A stretch of 64,000 nt of DNA from Octopus sinensis (lineage: Eukaryota), in contig NC_042998.1 of assembly GCF_006345805.1 (NCBI RefSeq), forward strand, positions 155,062,001 to 155,126,000. The letters are read 5' to 3'. How positions within the stretch are numbered: the stretch's first letter is position 1; each line of letters opens with the position of its first letter. Positions 50,496 through 64,000 of this stretch are shown here, piece by piece. The notes under the pieces were generated by a model. That model searched no databases and had not been told where the DNA came from. It saw only the letters and a list, made by a program, of their open reading frames with translations. The translations under genes and the position numbers were made by a program.

Positions 50496-51958
50496 CACTG
50501 AACCACAAAAGGAATGTGAGACATGTGTGACTGTGAAATATGTTTTAATTTCATTATGTCAGAGATAAATTTTGATAAATCTAATAAAGTCAATTTCTTG
50601 GATGCACTTTGACCACAGACTATGGGTTGTTGTCATGTGTTCTGGTAGTGGGCAGATCCAGCACATCGAAATTGTAGAGCATGAGATGTTCAATATCGTG
50701 TATGCCCTCCCTAGGTGTTCAAAATGGTCATACACTGTCGGTACATGGAATGCATGAGGTGGCTCACAAAAGCCATTGGCACCTGTGCCCACACCCTGAG
50801 GAAAGCTGCCTCCAGTTCCATGTGAGTTGTCGGCTTTGGGACCACCTGGTTCAGCTGTCTCTGGATTTCATCCCACAGGTGTTCAATTGGGTTCAAATCC
50901 AGGTTGAGAGCTAGCCACGGCATGGTTCTGATGTTTTACTGATGCAGGAAGTCCATGATGACCCTGGCCATGTGGGAGGGAGCATTGTCCTGCTGGAACA
51001 CATGGCTATGGTGATGTGAGGCCTTAGGATCTGGTCAATGTAGTGCTGTGCTGTGATGCCATTCCCTCTGCCTGCACCAACATTTTGGAATACATGGGGC
51101 CCAATTTTCTGATTCAGGCCTATAGCACTCCAAACCATGATGCTTTGGCCACCCCACAAGTCTCTCTCCATTACACGTGTCTCTGTAGCGTTCATTCCTC
51201 CTACACCATACCTTCACTCTGCCATCCAACGCAGTACCAACTCTCACCAGAGAAGACTACTGACTTCCATTGTTGATGCCACCAATGTTGGTGCTGTGTA
51301 GCCCACTGTAGTTATGCCTGATGGTGGCGGGCAGTGAGAATAAGCCCTTAAGCAGGACGATGGCAACACAGGTTATTGGTGGTCAGTGAACATCATACTG
51401 TTGCTGACAGGTCGCTATCCAGTGCCAATGTTCCCCATGAGCTGTCACATCGGCCAGTCTGAAACGATCACGAAGGTGTTGCAGGTGAATGAAGTAGTCC
51501 TACCTGGGCATGGTCTGCAGTGCTGTTGTATCGCTGTTGCAGGTGATAGATGGTGCTGACATGGACTATTGTAAGATTTTGCAAAAACCAGGGCATGCTG
51601 CCCTGCTTAGCAATCAGCCAATAACTTGTTCTCTGTGCTGCTGACAATCAGGTCATACCTGATGGGTCCAAGTTACGAATACCAGGAATGTGGTTCAAGT
51701 TGATTTTTATACCCATAATCTCCACAAGATGCATGTGCATTTCAGTTTCCATGACAATTGTTTGCGACTGCCACCTACAGCATCCAATGCATTTTGGCAT
51801 CTTGTTTTAGGGAAAGTTGAAGGGTTACCTGCAATTTTGGTTCAGCCATAAACCAGCATATCTTGGAATATTTACACTTACATCCCCGAAAAAAATTTTC
51901 AGAATTTAGCAAATAAAAATAACATTTGAAAAAATCGCATTTCTTTCACGGTTCAGTG
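50496..51958 (-). mobile_element. Tc1-like (DD34E-type) element, decayed
   Basis: TA TSDs; TIRs CACTGAACCACAAAAGGAATGTGA / TCGCATTTCTTTCACGGTTCAGTG; motifs GGQSIMVWSAI and LDLNPIEHLWDEI. Confidence 0.88.
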
Positions 51959-52099
51959 TAGAGTACATAATCTTCAAAACATAAAATATTGGGTGTCTTT
52001 CCTTCTTCCAGAGTTTATTTCTTTTAGTCATTACAAGCAATTAGATAGAAATTCATCTTCAAAGTTGTTGATTGAAACCAAATATGCTGCTTTGAGATA

Positions 52100-53220
52100 T
52101 TTTATATCAAATAGAATTAAACTAGATGAGATGCAGTTTGGTTTTGTAAAAGTATTTCTGATGCTACCTTCTTAGACAACAGCAGAACTATTTAGCTCAG
52201 AGTAAACTATTGTCCTTAGCGTTTGTTCACCTGGAGAAAGCCTTCAATAGAGTCCTTCAAGTTGTGATATGGTGGTCTCTGAGGATGCTAGGGGTAGGCA
52301 AATGGGTTGTAAAAGCCATACAAGTAATGTACAGGGGTGCTTTCAGTGAGGCAAGAGTTAGCCAATAAGTAGTAGGCACTCAAAAGGGCTTAGTTCTCAG
52401 TCCCTTCCTATTGCCTCCAGGCAATAACAGAAGAATTCAAGATTGGCTGTCTCTGGGAACTACTATATGCTGATGATCTTACTCTCATAGCAGGATTTGT
52501 AACAAAATTAAAAAAGAAATTCCAGGTTTGGAAGTAAAACCTGGAATTGAAGATAGGACTCTACTCACTTTAGATAAATAGTCTTGCTCAATATGTAGGA
52601 ATATGTAGTTGAATCACATGAAAGTTAACAGAAAAAGTAGTGCTTGTATGTGGAAGATGTACAAGGGCCACAAAAATTAGGAAATTGAATTTCTCAAAAG
52701 CTCTGGAGGTAGTGGATAGTTTCTGTCACCTAGGTGACCTAATTAGCAAAGGAGGAGGATGTTCTAAAAGTAAAGTTGCTAGAATAACAATAGGATGGAG
52801 AAAATTCAGAGAGCTAATTACCTCTCTCAGAGTGAAAGACAAACTGTATGATGCTTGCATAAGTACAGCAATGGTACATGGTAGTGAGATGTGGGCCCTG
52901 AATGTGGAAAACATGTAAAAACCAGAGTGTAATGAAGCTGATATGTTTTGTGGGATGTGCAATGTCAATGCAAATGTATGGCAAAGTGCTAAGGTACTGA
53001 GAGAAAAATTCAGCATAAGAGGAATCAGATGTAGTGTGCAAGAGAGAAGATTGTGCTGGTTATGGATGAGGACAGGTGTATAAAGAAGTGATGATTGCTT
53101 AAAGTGGATGGAACTTATGGAAGAGACCCAGGAAGATATGGAACAAAACATTGATGGCTGATCTCAAGATGCTGAACCTTATGGAGATGACAAATGACTA
53201 AGTTAGTTTTTTGCTGTGCT
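52100..53220 (+). mobile_element. RTE RT fragment
   Basis: LDEMQFGF, LEVVDSFCHLGD, KLYDACISTAMVHGSEMW; paralogous to 3679-5009. Confidence 0.85.
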
Positions 53221-53879
53221 TCAGAAGACACATCCATTACAGTAAAAAAAGATATCCTAAAACTATTTGGTATTCTTGTACATATGGGTCCTTTCTCCAT
53301 TCATCATTCACTCTCTGTCCTGTGAAGTACTTCTCCTGCTTCTCATCTTCTAACACCCATCACTCCCACTTCTACAGCACTATTTGGCTGCTATAATCAC
53401 CTGAAAGCAGTATTGGCACATTTCAAATGCCCTCTCTTCTGGTTACCTCTTTCCCTCCTCTCCACCACTTCTGTTCCTCATTATCATTGCTGCCCACACT
53501 ACTTCTACTAGTCATATCCTTGCTGTGCCTTCAGTCACTGCTCTCTTGCCTCTGCTATACTCCATTCTTAACATCTCTCTTATCTCCTATTATTCTCAAT
53601 GCCTTCTTATATCTGTTATCATGTTCCACTTACTATAACTCTTTATGTAACCTTATATCTCCCTCCCAACTGCTCTTACACCTTCTACACCTTACAAATC
53701 ATCCTACTACTTTCTCATCTATTTCCCTTCCAAAGCAACTCCATATCTCTCACCTTGAACATGTAGTTTCCACAATTTGCTTTGATGTTGGTACATCAAA
53801 CATATCATAAGACTTCCATCAAAATTTTGTTTCTTGTGACAGTTTCCTCAGTAACCCTTTTGTTTTTTAGTTGATTATA

Positions 53880-56800
53880 TTGCTTATGTTTGTGGTTGTG
53901 ACCTTTTAGTAAAAATGACACTTTTCCAATCTGTTTAGTAATCTTCCCACATTTCTTTACCGTTTTTTAAAAATATTTTAAAGAAAACTTTGTAACCAAT
54001 TTTGAAAAATTTTGTATTATATTTGTTGTTTGATATTTTTCTTTTCCTTCCCAGTAACAACTTGTTGTACACTGATCTAATCTTCTTAGCAAACATTAGT
54101 TCTGCAGGTGACATTCCGGACCGGGTAAAGGTATTTGGTGTCACTCGATATACCTCAAAAACTGTTGAAGCACTAAGTCATCCATTATTTTGTTGTTTGC
54201 TTTCTTTTTAGCTCTCTTTTTTGTATCAACAAAACGTTCCACTTGTCCATTTGACCTAGGATGAATCAGTAGAGTGGTCATATGTTTGATACAGAACATT
54301 TTACAGAAATTTTTTAAAACTCATCTGCAGTAAACTGAGTTCCATTGTCAAACACAATGGTATCAAGAATACGATATCTGGTGAACAATTTGTGTAGAAA
54401 ACTTACTGTAACCAAGGATGTCAGTTTTTTACACTTATGTACTTCAAGCCACTTAGAAAAACTGTCCACTACAACATGGTAATGTGAACTGTTAAGTGGA
54501 CCTGCAAAATCAACATGCTGCCTGAACCATGGGATATCTGTTTTTGGCCATGGATGCAATTTTGTGGTAGGTGATTTTGCTGCTTCTTCATACTTTCACT
54601 AGTGCTTCAATCTCTTGGTCCATTCTTGGCCAATACACATAGCTTCTCATCAATGATTTCATTCTTGAAATCTTCAGGTGACCAATGTGAAATTCTTTTA
54701 GTATTCGTTTCTGTAGTGTGGGCAGCACTACCACTATTTGTGTGTACATTAGCACATTGTCACAAATTGAAAATAGGTTTGAATTCATGTTGCATTCTGC
54801 AAAACGCATATTTTCATTTCTTCTTCAGCACTTAAAATTCCTTTCATTTTTGTAATAAATTCATCATTTTCTGCTTTTAGTTTGATTTCTTCTAATGTAA
54901 CTGGTAATTCTTGTACAACATTACATAAAATATTTTTAATTTCTTTTTCTGCTCACAACACTGCAATCATAATATTTTCAAACAGTTCAGTATTTTTTGG
55001 TATCAATCTTGATAAACAATCAGCATGTCCTAATTTCTTAGATGGTATAAACTCCATCTTAAAATCATAGTTTAGTAATATAGTACCCTAGCATTGCAAC
55101 CTATTAGTAGTATGGGTAGGAGTTCCTTTCTTTGACCCATATATAGATAACAATGGACGATGATCAATCTGTATTATCATGAAAATAATTGCTAGAGCCT
55201 CTTTTTCAATTTGACTGTAATTTTTGTCTGCTGGTAGCAGAGAATGTGAAGCATGGGCCACAGCCTTCATGTTATCATCCTCGTATTTATGTAAAATGAC
55301 TGCTCTGATAGTGTACTCACTGGCATCTGAAGCTAATACAATCACCAATGCAGGATCAAAATGTACTAAAGACAAATCTGACACTAATATCTTTTAAATT
55401 TCATTGAATGCCTTCTGACAATTGTCAGACCAATTCCACTTAACACCTTTTTTTTAGTAGATTATTTAGAGGAACTCTTACTTTATGCATATTTGGTATA
55501 TAAATCTGATAATAGTTTACAAGTCCCCAAAAAGCTTGTACGGTAGATATATTTGTCGGAGGAAGCATATTTTTGATTGCATCTGCCCTTGACAGATCAA
55601 TTGACTACCATTTTTATTAATAATTTGTACTAAGTACTTAATTTTAGGCAAGAAAAATTTGCATGTCTCCTCATCCAGTTTGAAACTTTTATCTAAAAAA
55701 AAAAACACATTTCACATGCTTGATCAGAAGATTCACTTTTAATTAATATATCAGCCAGGTAGGCAATTGCATCTGGAGTAACTTTTATGCCAAACACGAG
55801 CTGGTTAAATTTGCACATGGGTATTAATTGTTAGCAGCTTAGTACATTTATCTTCTACTTGTATTTGTAAGTAAGCATCAGAAAGATCTAATTTTGAGAA
55901 CAATTTTCCACTGCTTAATTTTGAGATTTCCTCTGGGCTAGGTAATGGGTAGTTATACTGTCTTAAACATTCATTTAGTCCAGTTGAGAAATCTGCACAT
56001 ACAGGTGCAGGCATGACTGTGGTAAGAAGTTTGCTTCCCAACCACATGATTCCGGGTCCAGTCCCACTGCGTGGCACCTTGGGCAAGTTTCTTCTACTAT
56101 ATATAGCCTTGAGTGGATTTGGTAGATGGAAGCTAAAGAAGCCTGTTATATATACATATTTGTATGTACATATTTGTGTATCTGTTTGTCCCCCACCATA
56201 CTTGAAGCATTTTCAATTTTTATAAGGACAGTCAAATCTGTAGTATAATTCTCTACGTCCAAAACAGGTTAATTTTCTGCTTTTCATTTCTTACTTTTGG
56301 CCACGCTGACTATATATGAGAGCAATTTCTCACTTCAGTTTGTTCTAGAGCATGCCTTAGGTTGATTATTCTCTGGCATTCCCAAGATATTTCTTGTGTT
56401 AGCTTCTGCACTAATTTAGTCAGAATTCGGTTATGAATTTCTGAATCTTTCTTTTTTGTTAAACCTTGCACAAAAATTAAGCATTTAAACATTTCTGGTG
56501 TTAGATCATTAATTTTAAATCACTTACATTCCCTATTAACAATTCCAGTTTATGCAATAAAATCTTTGTCCTCTTTTTTGTAATATTCATGCATTGCCAG
56601 AATATATTAAATAAAGAGCTTTTAACACTGAAAATCTTTAATAGATTATTCACTGCTTTTTCAAAACAGACTTTACCCAGTTTCTTTGGTAATATGTAAT
56701 TGCAATATTTCTCATGCTCGGTTGGTGCCAACTTTCTCAACAAAAGTCAATTTTATTTCTCATCTTGCCAGTCGCAGCATTCTTCTCTAAAAATTTCCTC

Positions 56801-57100
56801 ATACCTTCTAAAGTAAGCAGAGAATGTAGTACCGTCCTCTAGGTTATATGTGAACTCGCCAAATGAGTTTGTGACAGTGTCAGGAGTGAACAAACTAGAT
56901 GTATTTTCTATTTCCTTCTGTATAAGCTGTACCAACAGTTTCTATTGCTTCTGAAATTCCAACAACTGTTGTTGTTATTGTTTCTGTAATTCCAACAACT
57001 GTTGTTGTTGTTGCTGTAATTGAATTACAAAAGCTAGAAAACCTTCCATGTTCAAGCAAAAATCAGTCCAGCATGAGCTTTGAATAATCTTGTCACCAAA
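53880..57100 (-). mobile_element. Ty3/Gypsy (K02A2.6-like pol) remnant
   Basis: PBS-like TGGTGAC at about 57090; Gag FTYNLEDGTTFSAYFRRYE; RT FSKLDLSDAYLQI; RNase H LASDASEY..NYSQIEKEALAII; integrase HVDFAGP..VVDSFSKW..DNGTQF. Confidence 0.88.
56003..56200 (+). mobile_element. SINE family B, 5' half, inside the Gypsy remnant
   Basis: GGTAAGAAGTTTGCTTCCCAACCACATGATTCCGGGTCCAGTCCCACTGCGTGGCACCTTGGGCAAG head. Confidence 0.8.
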
Positions 57101-58014
57101 AATATTATGATGTGAGTATACATGTCTGGTGTAAAATGGTATTACACAAATAAATAGTTGTTTGTGGTTATCTAAAAATAACCTATCGCAGAAATATATG
57201 TTAACACAGAATGCACTCCATACTACTCAAATGTAGGTATGATACTCAGTATTCACTATTCAACTACCAACTGTTATGGTTGAACTAACATGGTAAACCA
57301 ACACAGTCAAACTAACACCTGTAAACTACTCCCTTGATAGTTCACTCAGTTCTTATTTATTGTAATTGATTAGTCCACCTTCAGTCATGTGGGGGTGTTC
57401 AGGATTCTCCCATAACAGTATGTAGTGTAAAACATTTATGCTATTCCTTGTTCAGGCAGAGAAGTTTACTTTCACATACATGTTAACATTAAAATAAACT
57501 GCCTCTTGTATGTAGCAGCCATTTTACTTGGTTCATTAACAGCTTTGAGTTTAGTGATATTCTAAATTTATGGTGATTTAAGTCAGACAATCATGGGTCT
57601 GACGTCATGTACATTGGATTGCACATTTTGTTAGGGCATCAGCATCCTTCATTTAACTGCCATGGCTATTTTTGTCTGACTCTTGAGAGATTACCAAGTT
57701 TTACAAGGGGAAAATTTAACAAGAAAAAATTTCTGGGAGACCCTATGCAGTTCTAGAACACTATATTCACAAACACTATATTCAGACTTTTTCATTGTAA
57801 GCATTTTTACACATACATTAACTCATCTCAGTTAAATCCATTTGTTGCCAATACACTTTTTTTTTATGAATTGCTGATATACAGTAATTCCCATACATGT
57901 GGAAAGCATGCAATGTCTTACGCTTATCAAAATAATCCTTTGTAGTCACATAGTTGTTGAATTAAACATTGTAAATTATTGGACATGTTTTTTTAAATCC
58001 TCTTTCTGAACATA

Positions 58015-58986
58015 TGAGAGGGGTCTGAAAAATTGATAGACTAACTATGAAGGAATGATGCTAGAGGTGTGAAATCTTGCATGCATTAATTTCAGCTCTT
58101 CTTATTAATAATTGCATTGTTTCTTTCTAGGTAAACTGATATCTGACTCTTCAAAGAGACTTCAAAAGTAACCAGTAGTGACTTCCTATGAAAATGGACA
58201 AAATTTGGCATCATGATGTTATCAAGTATCTGCAGAAAAAGGGTTTAATCCCCCAAAGACATTCACGCTGACATAGATACTATATTAGGCGATGATGCTC
58301 CAGCTTCATCAACAGTGTAAAAGTTGGCAGCTGAATTTAGGAAAGGAAGGGAGAGTCTTGAAGAGGACCCAAGGTTTGGGTGTCCTGCAACTGCCACCAC
58401 TGAGGAAAACATTGATTATGTTCACCACATGGTGATGGATGACAGGCAATTGACTATAAATCAAATAGCCAATGCTATTAGCATATCCCATGAGAAAGTT
58501 GAGAATATTCTGCACAATTAACTTGGCATGACAAAGGTTCCTTCTTGGTAGGTGCCACATCTGAAACCTGATCAAAAGCACACCAGGCTGATCAAATCAT
58601 GGGAAAATTTTTTCATTATTTCAGGCAGTGCTAGCTGCTTTCCTTGAACGTTTCCTAACCCAGGATGACTGCTGTGAGTGACTATGGTTTTGAACTGATT
58701 TAGCCTATTCTCTTGATTTAGCCTCATCTGACTATCATTTCTTCCCCAACATGAAAAAACACTTGGTTGGGAATCAGTATCACAGTGATGATGATATCAT
58801 GCCTGCTATTGCTGATTTTTTTGACAAACATTATAAAAGCTTCTTCACCAGTGAGATTCAAGTAGTGAAACACTGGTGGGAGAAGTGTGTGGATTGCAAG
58901 GGAGACTGTGCTGAAAAATAAACTTCATTTGGTCACATTCCATAAGAGTATCTTGGTCAACGTATGAACTTTTCAGCTGACCCTTG
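58015..58986 (+). mobile_element. mariner element, internally deleted and decayed
   Basis: Imperfect TIRs with TA flanks; peptide AAEFRKGRESLEEDPRFGCPATATTEENID. Confidence 0.85.
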
Positions 58987-59305
58987 TACTGATAAAGAAT
59001 GTTTGTTCTTCATTAATTTATACAACTAAATAATTTTGATTTTTCTGTAATCCATGCCATTTACTTTGGCTGTTTTTATTTCATTGAACTTATTTTACTC
59101 TGTGAATCTATCATTACCCTAAGTATTTCTTCTTTTATAGGATTAAAAAAAATTGACATTAGAGTTAATCTTCTTGCCTTCATTCTCATTATCATATTTA
59201 TAGTCTTATCACAACTATTAATCATACTAAATATACAAGATTTTGTTTAAGTTGATTAACATCAGAACACACAGGCATTTACTTTCCTGAACACATGATA
59301 AACAT

Positions 59306-60482
59306 CAGTGATTCCCAATGTGGGTCATACACCTCACTGGTGGGATGTGTTATCCAAAAAAAGTTGTAGTGGGGCATGGGACCCAAAACAATTATGGTGG
59401 GGAGTGGGATCCAAAAATATTGTGGTAGGGTGTGGGATCCAAACAAAATTGCAGTAGGGCATGGGATCCAAACAAAATTGTGCTAGGGCATGGGATCCAT
59501 GCTTTGTTATGAGCAGAGAGGTTCTGTAGCAAACTTCAGGAGTATGATTGTAGGTTGCATTTTATGCAGTGAATAATGTAGTGATTTTTGATTGATTTCC
59601 AAACTTTTCTTTCAGTGACTTAAATATTCCAAATTTGAATTGGTATGCTTTACTCACAAATGTACTTCTAGCCAGTCTGCCTTCATTGACTCATTATTCA
59701 ATGTCTGATGACATGTTTTTTGACAGATCTCTCTGAGAAATTAAGCAGCTTGAACAAGTAGCTCCAAGATGCAAATATAACTTTTTTTGATACAAGAACA
59801 AAGGTTTGTGAATTCACTATAGTTTTAGAATTATGCCTAAGGAATAATTTCTACATGAAATTTCATGAAATTTTACTGGTTGAATCAATGTGAGGTAATT
59901 GATACTGCTACAGTATTGAGTATTTGAAAATGCTGATAAAAGACCTCAGTATGGTGATTTGAAGAAAACGAATTTTCCCTCTTGGGTAACTCAACCATTG
60001 CTAGTAGATATCTCTGAAGTTCCAATGTGATTCCAAGAAGAGTTATCAGAATTGCTACATGATGAATCAGTGAATACTTTGCTCAAAATGAAAGGTACCA
60101 AGATGCGACTATGTGATGAAGTTGAAAGGAAATACCCTAATACTGCCATTTCAGCAAAGGAATTTTTGATTCATTTCCCCACATCTTATTTGTTGAGTGT
60201 GGCTGTAGTGCTGTTGATGATTTGGTTTGAGCCAAGAGAAACAGACTTGAAATTACAAAATGTAGTAATTTATGGCTGAAGCTAACAAAATTGTGTCCTC
60301 GAATAAAAGAAATTTGCCAGGCATAAAGTTTTCATTAAAGTACTTAATAAAAGAATTACTTGTATTAAATAGTTGTGATAAAATATTAAAAATAAAGTTG
60401 TTTTTTAACAACCACCAGTAGGGTATACATTTTTCTGGAAAGTTATAATGGGGCCTGGGGGAAAATAGGTTGGGAAACACTG
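59306..60482 (+). mobile_element. Non-autonomous hAT (Charlie/Buster-like) element
   Basis: TIRs CAGTGATTCCCAA / TTGGGAAACACTG; 8-bp TSD ATAAACAT / ATATACAC (6 of 8); dimerisation-domain remnant KYPNTAISAKEFLIHFPTSYL; five about 30-bp subterminal repeats at 59383-59500. Confidence 0.82.
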
Positions 60483-61726
60483 ATATACACCTTACTAAGA
60501 AGGTATTTATTATATGTTCTTTGACATGATGTCCATTTCTAGGAATTTAAAATTAAAACCGAAAAAAGTTTCTCCTAAATGAGCAAATAAAAGAGTGGTA
60601 TATAATATCTAATGAAATATAGAAGAGGTTAAATCATGGAATGAGATGCTAAAAACTTTAGAATTTTACAGAAATTGAGACAAAGCCAAGAATTGCAGAA
60701 TATATATAGTATGAATCACAAGCAACTATCACCTAATATTTTCAGTGAAAACAAAAAGCCAATGAAAAACAGAGAAGCAATGAGTCAATAAATGAGAACT
60801 CAACTCATAAGTCCATAACAAGTTTCATCTCTTTGCCTTTGTCAAAATTAGTTGAAATTGCAACAAAGTGTAAATATATCTGTCCTATTGCAGGTAAGAG
60901 CTCTGGAATTTCGTCTTCTAATAAAAATTCACATGTTCAATCCTAACACAAATATATGTGATACCTGAAGACAATCTGAATATATACTATCTCAAATGTT
61001 TATAAAAAAAAAACAAAATGAAAGTAAAGACCAATGCATCTTGAAAAAGAAAAGACATCTTAAAAACCAGTTAATACTACAAGTTTGCTTTTTTAAATCT
61101 AATTCATGTAACCTAAATTTAAAATACAATTCAAATAAAAAATGAATTTACAAACCTCCAGCCTCTGGATTTAAGATTTTATTATCAATAAGGGTTCTGA
61201 AAAAAAAAAATTAATTAAACATAAATTATGAGAGTAAATATCAGAAAACTTGAGATCTAAATTTATTTGTACACCACTTTATTTTAATTGCAAAAGATTG
61301 TTTATGAATGTAAATAAAAAACTATAAGAATATTAGTAATAATACCTTTTAAATATAAAATACACAAATTTATTGATGGCAAAAATCCAGTTATTACAAC
61401 ATTAATGATATGAAAAAGACAAGATGATAATTTTGTATATATTTTCAAACAATGCCAGTTAAAGAGAGTATGGTGTGAGCTTTGTTCAAATTTATCGACA
61501 ATTTTATTTAAGATGTGGTAGGAAATGTCTTCAAGCATATGTACGTGGTAAAGAAGTTTGCTTTGCAATCATGTGGCTTCATGTTTCTGCATAGCACCTT
61601 GACAAGTATCATCCAGCATCATAACCTAGAGTTGACCAGCTTATTGTGTATGAGTATTAATGTCATAAATCCGTTCAAGTTTCATTAATCCTTTATGTTT
61701 AGTTTGGAAAAATTAGTCTGTTAGTA

Positions 61727-63016
61727 CGAGGGACGTTCAATAAGTAATGCCCCTGACCTACTTGCATTTGTTTGATCTAGCTGAAATTTTGCATGTGCAA
61801 TTATTTATATCTCTATAGATTAAGTGGCATATTACAGCTCTGAACTAATTGTGGTTTCTGATTTACAGGTGTTTGAACTAAGTCAAGTGTGAAATGGAGC
61901 CTGTTGAGTGTCGAGCAGTGATCCGGTTTTTGTATTTGAAAGGACGCACACCACAGGAGACTTTTGATGAAATGAAAGTAACTTATGGTGATGATGCCCC
62001 ATCATATGACCTTGTAAAACGCTGGCATCGCGAATTCAAACACGGTCGGAACTCTGTGGAAACAGCTCCCAGATCTGGTCGCCCCTTCTGCCATTGATGA
62101 GGCATCTGTCCGTCAAGTTGAGGCTGCCATTTTGGAAGATCGACGCATAACTATTCGTCAAATAGCCCATGAGGTCAAGATTAGTACCGGGTCTGTGGAA
62201 ACTATCATTCATGACCATTTACATATGCAAAAGGTGTCTGCCAGATGGATTCCCAGGTTGCTCACACTTTTCCAGATGCAAGAACGCGTCGAGAGCTCGA
62301 GGATGAATTTGGAGATGTGCCAAGAAGATGATTCAAAATTTTTCAAAGGACTGACTACACAGGATGAAACCTGGGTCCATCACTATGATCAAGAGACCAA
62401 AGCCCAGTCAATGCAGTGGCAGCACCGTGACTCACCTCCTCCAAAGAAGGCAAGGGTGCAGCCCTCCGCTGGCAAGATCATGCTTACAGTCTTCTGGGAC
62501 CAGGACAGAATAGTGATGACAGATTTCCTGGGAAAGGGTACCAGAATTACAGGAGCCTATTATGCTTCACTTTTGAGGAAATTAAGAGAAGCTATCGAAA
62601 TCAAGAGGTGGGGCAAGATTAGCAAAGGCATCCTCCTCCTGCAGGACAACGCTCCGGTCTACAACTCGCGTGTCGCCAGATCAGAAGCACAGGCGTGCGG
62701 CTATGAACTCCTCCCCCATCCTCCCTACTCTCCAGACCTTGCACCCTCTGATTTTCACCTCTTCACAGCCATGAAGTTGTTTTTGAAAGGAAAGCGTTTC
62801 CCAGATGATGCAACCTTGATTTCTGAAGTCACGTCGTGGTTGGAGGACCAAGCAGGGGTCTTCTATAAAAACGGTCTCCAGAGCTGCATCAAAGGATGGG
62901 AGAAATGCGTAACTCTGGGTGGTTCCTATGTAGAAAAAGATTAATAACTGTGCCAAGTTTCGTTGCTCTACTGCTATGGGAAGTGGGTCAGGGGCATTAC
63001 TTATTGAACACCCTTG
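61727..63016 (+). mobile_element. Near-intact mariner (DD34D) element, 1290 bp
   Basis: TA TSDs at 61725-26 and 63017-18; about 32-bp TIRs CGAGGGACGTTCAATAAGTAATGCCCCTGACC. Confidence 0.97.
61894..62944 (+). pseudogene. mariner transposase with a single frameshift at about 62081-62086
   Basis: ORF 61894-62097 (HTH, ..RSGRP) joins the ORF ending at 62944 (WIPRLLT, TQDETW, QDNAPVY, YSPDLAPSDFHLF). Exactly 34 residues lie between the second and third catalytic D. Confidence 0.95.
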
Positions 63017-63427
63017 TACTTCAAGGCCTCCCTGATCTCATTATCAGAATGAGATAATGGTAATGACAGGGTGCTACTCAATTGTTTTGCAGTAAGTTGC
63101 AAAAGATATTACAAAAACACCAAAATATAAACGGCTCATCAACATGAAACCATTATCTAGCAAAGCACAAAATGTACTTCAGACCACTGTAATACATAGA
63201 TGTCATTGTAAACATGAAGGTTGTAAATTTCATGACTCACTCTGAAACAATGCTGCAAATTTAGCATACAAACAACACACAAATACATTGCACATAAAAT
63301 AAATCACAAAATCACTATCCTGCAGCAAATTTAATGTATAAATAAAACATATACGCTGTGTATGTGTGATCAATAATATTTACATTACTAGAGCTGCTTT
63401 TAATTCATAATTTTATATGTATATATG

Positions 63428-63640
63428 TGAAGGCATATGGCCTAGTAGTTAGGCTGTTACACTCATGATCATTAGTTCGATTCCCAGACTGGACAGTGCG
63501 TTGCCTTCTTGAGCAAAACACTTCATCTCATGTTGCTCCAGTTCCCTTTCAATCAGGGGGAATGTTGGCTCGCTCACCTAGTGAGTGGGATGGCATCATT
63601 TGAAGGCTAAAACAATGCAAAGACATCTAATAGTCTTGTT
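63428..63640 (+). mobile_element. tRNA-derived SINE, family A (degenerate)
   Basis: TGGCCTAGTAGTTAG A box, AGTTCGATTCCC B box, CTTGAGCAAAACACTTCATCTCATGTTGCTCCAG core. Confidence 0.75.
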
Positions 63641-64000
63641 GGTCACATGATCATATGATATATTCTATAATATTTTGCATAGGCACAATAATACAAACAA
63701 CATGGTGTTAGAATTCAACATACATACACTTCAGAAATAAGCGTTAATCGAGTACAGAGTGTAAGAAATTAGATAAATGACAAGAGAATAAGAAATTGTG
63801 TAATGAACTTCATTAGCTTACAGCTGCTTCAGCTATAAGATGTAATGCATTCATAGTTGAGTGCTTGTGTATCACCCTATAGCTCCATTAGGGCTTTAAA
63901 AATGAAGTGCAGTTTTACTTAGGAAAGCATTTATATATATGGAAAACATTACCACTGGAAAAAATGATAAAAATATGTAGGAAATGAAACATAGAGATTG

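Noticed and set aside
57105-57550. 5' LTR of the 53880-57100 Gypsy element
   Set aside because: Position next to the PBS fits, but no matching second LTR was found to define the boundaries.
59383-59500. CRISPR-like array (also 3090-3310 and 9808-10335)
   Set aside because: Units are tandem without unique spacers, the context is eukaryotic, and there are no cas genes.
61894-62944. SETMAR-like domesticated gene
   Set aside because: No SET domain or splice connection; bounded by TIRs and TA TSDs, so a free mariner.

Overview
AT-rich, CpG-depleted eukaryotic genomic DNA made almost entirely of layered transposon remains and microsatellites. The SINE and RTE-tail families look like Octopus repeats; this is an inference from recalled repeat sequences, not a database hit. 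Retroelements recognised: RTE LINEs, three Ty3/Gypsy remnants, Penelope-like (PLE) RT remnants, CR1/L2-like remnants and several tRNA-headed SINE families. DNA elements recognised: non-autonomous Helitrons, a Sola2-like long-TIR transposon carrying two nested piggyBac insertions, several Tc1/mariner elements (one nearly intact DD34D mariner at 61.7-63.0 kb) and a hAT element. No complete host gene is visible; two small minus-strand candidate exons (40.25 kb, 32.85 kb) and a CpG-retaining island (46.4-47.1 kb) suggest the window may be intronic. The best candidate for something undescribed is at 23.15-23.61 kb: a tRNA-headed (Pol III type) SINE whose body carries a minimal, probably dimer-dependent hammerhead ribozyme of the PLE type, arranged as an inverted pair. 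Further decayed hammerhead motifs of other families occur at 15.4, 22.7, 30.1, 43.5 and 46.2 kb. Most short ORFs in the supplied track are artefacts of microsatellites or dead transposons. All alignments, folds and counts were done by eye, and no searches were run.
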